Source: an uncultured Candidatus Saccharibacteria bacterium (GTDB lineage Bacteria > Patescibacteriota > Minisyncoccia > Phycocordibacterales > XYD1-FULL-46-19). From it: a stretch of 64,000 bases of DNA. Under the pieces are notes generated by a model that did no database searches, was not told where the DNA came from, and saw only the letters and a program-made list of their open reading frames with translations. The position numbers were made by a program, and so were the translations under genes. The DNA is taken from NCBI GenBank assembly GCA_964639285.1, contig CAZXCI010000004.1:5252-69251 (forward strand), in the 5' to 3' direction. Below are positions 58,608 through 64,000 of the stretch, in pieces; within the stretch, counting starts at the first letter, position 1, and the number at the start of each line of letters is the position of its first letter.

Positions 58608-60803
58608 CTATTCAACAGGCCATGGGGTGATCATTAGAAGTGAGTTCTTGCCAAGTGATTGCCAAATTTCTTCGGTTATGAAAGGCATGAAAGGGTGCAG
58701 GGCGATTAAGATTTTTTCTAAAGTGTTTGCCAAGAATAGCTCGCGGGATTTTTTGGCTTTGTCATCATTGCCTGAGAAAATATTTTTGCTGTCCTCGAGA
58801 ATGTTTGAGGCGAACTCATCCCAGACGTAATGATAGAGTTTCTCTGCGGCAAGGTGGAAGCGATAATTGTTGAGATCTTTGGTGATGTCTTGGAGAAGTT
58901 CTTCGAATCTGGCCTCTAGATTTTGGTCATCTTTAGTGAGCGAACCTGACGACTCTTGGGCACCCCTAAGAGTCGTGGCGGTGTCCGTGTTAGATAGAAC
59001 GAAACGGGTGATATTCCAAAGTTTGTTGGCAAAGAGTTTGTAACCTTTAATCTTGTCTTCAGCCAGAGCCATGTCTATTCCCGGTGTATTGCCGACAATA
59101 AGGGCCATGCGCAAAGCGTCGGTTCCATATTTCTCACCGATTTCCACTGGGCTGATAACGTTACCTTTACTTTTGCTCATTTTTTGTCTGGCACCGTCAC
59201 GGACCATACCATGGAGGTATATGGTGTGGAAGGGGATTTTGCCGGTGCGGTAAATTCCCAGCATAATCATTTTGGCAACCCAGAAGAAGATAATGTCGGC
59301 AGCTGTCTCCATTACATCGGTAGGGTAAAAAGTTTTAAAATCAGGACTGTCTGGATAGCCCAAAGAGGCAAAAGGCCATTGGCTAGACGAGAACCAAGTA
59401 TCGAAGGTGTCGGGATCGGGAAGGAGTTCGCCAGATTTACACTTAGGACATTCCCCGCTTAACTTATTGTCGAGATCGACTATTCCATAATCACAATCAG
59501 GATTAGAGCAAATTTTGGCTGGGATAGGGATACCCCAGGCAATCTGACGTGAGATATTCCAGTCACGGATATTTTCGAGCCAGTGGAAATAAATTTTCTC
59601 TTGGAAGTTGGGAATGATTTTTATTTCACCAGACTTTACTGCCTGGATGGCTTCCTTGGCTAGGGGTTCCATTTTTACAAACCATTGGGGCATAATGCGC
59701 GGTTCAAGAATCCTATTACATTTGTAACAAGTGACAACATTGTGTTCGTAGACTTCTTCTTTAACAAGGAGTCCTAGTTCCTTCAACCTCTCGACAACTT
59801 TCTCTCGGGCAATTTCAATTTTGAGGCCTTTAAATTCTCCGGCGACGTCAGTTAATCTGCCATTTTTATCAATTACTTCAACACCGCTTAAGTTGTGTCG
59901 TTGAGCAATCTCGAAATCAGCCATATCGTGCCAAGGGGTAATTGTCATAACGCCGGTGCCAAACTGCATATCAATAGATTCGTCTTTTATTACCGTAGCG
60001 GTGATTTCACCCTCAAGCCACTTAACTGAGAGTTTGTCTCCATCTTTGTACTGGGCATAACGAGAATCATTAGGATGCATGACAACGTATTTGTCGCCAA
60101 ATTTTGTTTCTGGTCGGGAAGTAGCGATAACAAAGGGTCCATATTGCATATAGTAAAGTTTGTCAGTGCGAGTCTCGGCGAGAGCTTCAAGATCAGAGAG
60201 GGATGTTTGATGCTTGGTGCACCAATTCACAATCCGGTTGCCACGGTAGATAAGGTTATCTTTGAACATTTGCTCGAAGGTCTCATAAACCGTTTTGATG
60301 ATATTGGCATCGAGAGTAAATTTTTCTCGTGACCAATCGCAAGAGGCACCGAGGGCTCGCAAGTCGGCTTCGGTGTTGGCTTTGTTGTCGAGGGTGAATT
60401 TTAGAATTTCGGCATATAATTCTTCTCGGGTTAGGTTGAAGCGGGAGCGCCCCTCTTTCTCTAGCTTTTTCTCATAGACGACCTGAGTCTCGAAGCCAGC
60501 ATGGTCGGTACCAGGCAGCCAAAGGGTCTTATAGCCTTGTAAGCGCTTGTAGCGAGTCATCACATCCTCAAGGGTAACAAAGAGGGCATGGCCAGCGTGG
60601 AGACGCCCGTTGGCATTCGGTGGAGGCATAATGATAGTGAAGGGAGGGGATATCAAGGACGGTTCTTGGGGTCCTGTAAGGACCGTCCTTGAGGGCAAGT
60701 TGTCAGGGTTAAAATAGCCACTTTTTTCCCACAAGTCATAAATCCGCTTCTCGGTCTGAGACGGATTATAGGGCTCCATAAATTTTGAGTCTTCGCTTAG
60801 CAT
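58608..60803 (-). CDS. valS: Valyl-tRNA synthetase (short form without the C-terminal coiled coil)
   Basis: PPPNANGRLHAGH, WNISRQIAWG, KMSKSKGN. Confidence 0.96.
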   Translation of the reverse strand: MLSEDSKFMEPYNPSQTEKRIYDLWEKSGYFNPDNLPSRTVLTGPQEPSLISPPFTIIMPPPNANGRLHAGHALFVTLEDVMTRYKRLQGYKTLWLPGTDHAGFETQVVYEKKLEKEGRSRFNLTREELYAEILKFTLDNKANTEADLRALGASCDWSREKFTLDANIIKTVYETFEQMFKDNLIYRGNRIVNWCTKHQTSLSDLEALAETRTDKLYYMQYGPFVIATSRPETKFGDKYVVMHPNDSRYAQYKDGDKLSVKWLEGEITATVIKDESIDMQFGTGVMTITPWHDMADFEIAQRHNLSGVEVIDKNGRLTDVAGEFKGLKIEIAREKVVERLKELGLLVKEEVYEHNVVTCYKCNRILEPRIMPQWFVKMEPLAKEAIQAVKSGEIKIIPNFQEKIYFHWLENIRDWNISRQIAWGIPIPAKICSNPDCDYGIVDLDNKLSGECPKCKSGELLPDPDTFDTWFSSSQWPFASLGYPDSPDFKTFYPTDVMETAADIIFFWVAKMIMLGIYRTGKIPFHTIYLHGMVRDGARQKMSKSKGNVISPVEIGEKYGTDALRMALIVGNTPGIDMALAEDKIKGYKLFANKLWNITRFVLSNTDTATTLRGAQESSGSLTKDDQNLEARFEELLQDITKDLNNYRFHLAAEKLYHYVWDEFASNILEDSKNIFSGNDDKAKKSRELFLANTLEKILIALHPFMPFITEEIWQSLGKNSLLMITPWPVE
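58949..58976. repeat. Palindromic element within valS
   Basis: ACGACTCTTGGG-CACC-CCTAAGAGTCGT. Confidence 0.65.
60653..60692. repeat. Palindromic element within valS
   Basis: TCAAGGACGGTTCTT-N10-AAGGACCGTCCTTGA. Confidence 0.8.
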
Positions 60804-60869
60804 TTTACTCTACAGGGTTAATGATACCAAAAAGACCCCAATTTTCAAAGGGAATCAGGGGGAGGGCCA

Positions 60870-60908
60870 AAGTGTTCAACATCGGGAAGTGTTCAACACC
60901 GGGTGTTG
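60870..60908. repeat. Intergenic 17-bp tandem repeat / REP-like palindrome
   Basis: AAGTGTTCAACATCGGG AAGTGTTCAACACCGGG; CAACACC-G-GGTGTTG. Confidence 0.75.
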
Positions 60909-60973
60909 GCCACTTTTCCCTTTAGGGAATTTAGTAAAACCTTAACGATCGTTAAATGTTTGCTAAATTTTAT

Positions 60974-62203
60974 TTATTTTAAATTTAAATTTCCTTCGGC
61001 TTTGAAAGTGCGGGAGGTTTTAGCTTTTTGAGCGAGGAGGCGGAAGCCGGCGGCGATGGCAATCATGGTGGCATTATCAGTGGAATAGGAGAGTTCAGGG
61101 ATGAGAAGATTTAGCTTGGAGTTGGTAGCTGTAAGCTTTAAAGAATTACGCAGAGCTGAGTTGGCAATGACGCCACCACCGGCAATGATTGTTTTGGCTT
61201 TGTATTTTTTTGTCGCTGTCAGAGTTTTGGCGATAATTACTTCGATCACGGCACTTTGGAAATCGTGGGCAATCTCAGCTTTTATTTCCTTGGTAAATTT
61301 GTTTTCGTTTTTTAATTTTTGCACTAGATAAAGTACGGCGGTTTTGATACCAGAGAAAGAGAAGTCTAGGTCGCCCGAGTGTAACATCGGGCGAGGGAGT
61401 TTGATTGTCCTCGAGGACAGCCCTTGAACTTCTCCTAAAGGACTGTTCTCGGGGGCGAACGTAGAGGCTAATTTTGAAATCTCTGGTCCACCGGGATAAG
61501 GTAAGCCTAAAATTCGAGCCACTTTATCGAAGGCTTCACCCACGGCATCATCACGGGTGCGTCCGACAATTTTATATTTGAGCCAATCCTTCGATAAGAC
61601 TAGCTCAGTGTGCCCACCAGATATTATTAAAGAAATTGCCGGGAAGGGGAAGTTTTGAGTTTTGAGTTTTGAGCTTTGAGGATTAGAACCAAGGCAGGCG
61701 AGTATATGTCCCTCTAAGTGATTAATTGGGTAGAGCGGTTTGCCCCAAATTTCGGCCAAGGCTTTAGCAAAATTAATTCCGACCCAGAGAGCAGGTTCTA
61801 AACCCGGCCCTTTAGTTACCGCGATAGCATCGATTTTGGGGATCTTGAGCGTCGGGATAGTTTGCCAGAATTGTTCTTTTAATTCGGGCTCTTTGTCTAA
61901 AATTTTATTTATCTTTTTTGTCGATTTTTTCTCTCTATCCTCTCGAAAAGCCTTTATTGTGCGATATCCAATCTCGCACAAATCAGCGTTTTTTAGAGAT
62001 TTTATCAACAAGGGGATAAGATTTTTGCCATGTTCGCGTTTAGCCAAAGATGGAACAACTCCACCCCATTGTTCGTGGATCTTAGTTTGGGAAGAAATAT
62101 TGTGAGCTAGCACTTTAAAAAGGGGGTTTTTTGCAGAGCTCTTTACTTCCACAACGCTTATAGCTGTATCATCACAGCTTGTCTCAATAGCGAGAATTTT
62201 CAT
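60974..62203 (-). CDS. tsaD: tRNA threonylcarbamoyltransferase TsaD, carrying insertions
   Basis: LAIETSCDDT, NHLEGH, SGGHT, DDAVGEAFDK, FSFSGIKT, TDNATMI. Confidence 0.96.
   Translation of the reverse strand: MKILAIETSCDDTAISVVEVKSSAKNPLFKVLAHNISSQTKIHEQWGGVVPSLAKREHGKNLIPLLIKSLKNADLCEIGYRTIKAFREDREKKSTKKINKILDKEPELKEQFWQTIPTLKIPKIDAIAVTKGPGLEPALWVGINFAKALAEIWGKPLYPINHLEGHILACLGSNPQSSKLKTQNFPFPAISLIISGGHTELVLSKDWLKYKIVGRTRDDAVGEAFDKVARILGLPYPGGPEISKLASTFAPENSPLGEVQGLSSRTIKLPRPMLHSGDLDFSFSGIKTAVLYLVQKLKNENKFTKEIKAEIAHDFQSAVIEVIIAKTLTATKKYKAKTIIAGGGVIANSALRNSLKLTATNSKLNLLIPELSYSTDNATMIAIAAGFRLLAQKAKTSRTFKAEGNLNLK
61407..61456. repeat. Palindromic element within tsaD
   Basis: GTCCTCGAGGACAGCCCTT...AAGGACTGTTCTCGGGGGC; same AGGACNGTCCT core as 60653. 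Confidence 0.7.
61651..61680. repeat. Heptamer tandem repeat within tsaD
   Basis: (AGTTTTG)x3 AGCTTTG AG. Confidence 0.8.
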
Positions 62204-62241
62204 GGGCCAAATATAACAGAAAATTGATCAAGATGTAAACC

Positions 62242-62808
62242 TTACCTTTTTTTGTTCGCCACTAGATAATAGCGAGAGTTGACTTGCTTAAGTTTTGATT
62301 GGAAGTTATCTTTGGAAAGAAGAGTAACCAAAGAGTCTGGGGTGTGGAAGGTGCTTCCAAGACGAAAAGCTTTTTCCATTAATTCTATTAACCAACCAAT
62401 CGTGGTTGAAGGGTCGTACTCTTCTAAGATAATTTGGCCATTTGGCTTCAGAATACGGTCGATCTCCTCCAGAGCTTTGCCTTGATCGGGCAAATGGTGA
62501 AAAGCGTCAACCATAACTATCTTGTCGAAGCTTTTGTCAGGAAAAGGTAATTTCTCGGCTGTTCCTAAGATACAAATTAAACCACTTTTATCCTGGCATT
62601 CTTTTATCATCCCGGCTGAAGGGTCAATGATAGTAACTTGTCCCACTTGGGGAGCGATAAGTTTAGCAATTCTCCCGCTGCCGCCACCAATATCTAGGAC
62701 TTGGTCTGTTGGTAAAAAATTTGCCATAGAGACCAAATGATCAAGGGTTTTCTTTTTGCCAAAAGCAAAGAATTCGTAGACTGGAGCAATGAGATTAAAA
62801 ATGTTCAT
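62242..62808 (-). CDS. Class I SAM-dependent methyltransferase (Methyltransf_11)
   Basis: VLDIGGGSG, AEKLPFPDKSFD, ILKPNG. Confidence 0.88.
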   Translation of the reverse strand: MNIFNLIAPVYEFFAFGKKKTLDHLVSMANFLPTDQVLDIGGGSGRIAKLIAPQVGQVTIIDPSAGMIKECQDKSGLICILGTAEKLPFPDKSFDKIVMVDAFHHLPDQGKALEEIDRILKPNGQIILEEYDPSTTIGWLIELMEKAFRLGSTFHTPDSLVTLLSKDNFQSKLKQVNSRYYLVANKKR

Positions 62809-62814
62809 ATCGAG

Positions 62815-62887
62815 TGGGCGGTACAGGAGTCGAACCTGTGACCTTTTCTACGTCAAAGAAACGCTCTACCAACTGAGCTAACCGCCC
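62815..62887 (-). tRNA. tRNA-Val(GAC)
   Basis: Reverse complement GGGCGGTTAGCTCAG...TTGACGT...CCGCCCA. Confidence 0.93.
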
Positions 62888-63143
62888 TTGTGATTTCAAA
62901 AGATCAACCCCTAAAATTTACCAAATTTTTGAAATTTAAGCAAACAAAAAAGGTGCCGACTTCTGGAGAAAGAGTCGGCACGGTTCGGCGAGCCATGGCG
63001 GGGGGACAGGAGATAAAATTCAAGGGCGAAGATCTGCTCCTTTTGTCCGGCTCGTCTGCGTTATGAGGGCGGATAATCTGCTCTCATCTTATCTTTTCTA
63101 AAAATAAAAGCAAGTTTTTGGATTTGGGTTGTCGAGTTTTTGG

Positions 63144-63611
63144 TTAACCTAACGCAATGGCGTAGTTTAGATAAATTGCAAAAGTGACCCAGAGTAAGTA
63201 AGGCAAGAGAAGCCAGCCAGCTCGACGGTCAATTTTCCTGAAGAGAGTCAAGTTCCAGAGGATAGCCAACCAAAGAATAATTATCTCGACAAGGGCCCAA
63301 GATGGTCTCTGTAGATAGAAGAAGAGAAATGACCACCAGACGTTGAGAATAAGTTGAGCAGCAAAGAGAAGATAGACCAGCTTCTTCTTAGGTTGTTTTT
63401 GTTTACTCCAAACAAGATAAAGGGAAAGCCCCATCAAGATGAAGAGGGTTGTCCAGACGACCGGGAAGATCCAACTTGGAGGAACGAGGGCTGGTTTGGT
63501 TAATGCCTCATACCAGCCGCCCTTGATACTTGGCGTGGTGAAGAGCGAGCCAATAAAGCCAGCGAACAGTGGAATAATTATTGAAATAAAAAGTTTGAGA
63601 TAATTTTCCAT
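63144..63611 (-). CDS. tspO: TspO/MBR family protein
   Basis: WY..L.KP...PPSWIFPVVWT.L, LN..WS.LFF, PYLLWVTFA..LN. Confidence 0.93.
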   Translation of the reverse strand: MENYLKLFISIIIPLFAGFIGSLFTTPSIKGGWYEALTKPALVPPSWIFPVVWTTLFILMGLSLYLVWSKQKQPKKKLVYLLFAAQLILNVWWSFLFFYLQRPSWALVEIIILWLAILWNLTLFRKIDRRAGWLLLPYLLWVTFAIYLNYAIALG

Positions 63612-63612
63612 A

Positions 63613-63687
63613 TGGTGACCCTACCGGGAATCGAACCCGGATTAACGGCTTGAAAAGCCGGCGTCCTAACCGTTAGACGATAGGGCC
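63613..63687 (-). tRNA. tRNA-Glu(TTC)
   Basis: Reverse complement GGCCCTATCGTCTAA...TTTTCAA...GGGTCACCA. Confidence 0.93.
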
Positions 63688-63807
63688 AAGAACTCGTATT
63701 TAGGGGCTAGTATTTAGTATATAGGGTAAACCTAAAATCGAGCCATTAAAATGTAACATTTTTTTGAAAAATTGCCAAGAAAATGGTAGGATCTATGAGG
63801 TTACCAG

Positions 63808-63897
63808 GGAGGCGTGGCAGAGTGGTTGAACGCGCATGTTTCGAAAACATGTATGCCTGCAAGGGCATCGGAGGTTCGAATCCTCCCGCCTCCGCCA
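63808..63897 (+). tRNA. tRNA-Ser(CGA)
   Basis: Long variable arm; anticodon loop TTCGAAA; encoded CCA. Confidence 0.93.
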
Positions 63898-64000
63898 ATT
63901 TTCACTTTTTGTGAAATCGTAAGAAACAGCCTCGGCGCAAAGCGCCTCGGCATGGTATTTTTCCGCAATTTTGAAGGCATTTTTGAAATCCAAAACCAAA

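Overview
This 64-kb bacterial window is most consistent with a Patescibacteria/CPR (Parcubacteria-like) genome. That assignment is an inference from the short ValS, the RNHCP, DUF5663-like and CxxC-x17-CxxC proteins, ATST/ATTT-rich secreted proteins, and many SD-less or leaderless core genes. Positions ~1-22,200 are accessory. They hold (i) an integrative-element/defence-like block (PD-(D/E)XK nucleases, ParB-methylase, AlbA_2, two HEPN-motif proteins, XRE HTH) and (ii) a run of eight co-oriented minus-strand genes inside a segment bounded by an identical 35-bp repeat (8015 and 19948). Those eight genes form two modules. One is a putative RiPP-like module: Cys-rich 58-aa peptide, radical SAM/SPASM, MTA phosphorylase and ABC-F. 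The other is a putative fatty-acid-ester signalling module: FadL-type beta-barrel, PhcB-like SAM methyltransferase, 7TM-GAF histidine kinase and receiver. (iii) An ECF sigma follows, with a readable local regulon and a ~290-nt structured leader before Hsp20. The rest is mostly core genome: UvrD-nuclease, rnj, secG, groES/EL, lemA, htpX, class II RNR, rnpB, murJ, lepA, rarA, valS, tsaD and 7 tRNAs. REP-like palindromes and heptamer repeats appear inserted in frame in valS and tsaD. All calls come from reading the sequence by eye; no database searches were run.
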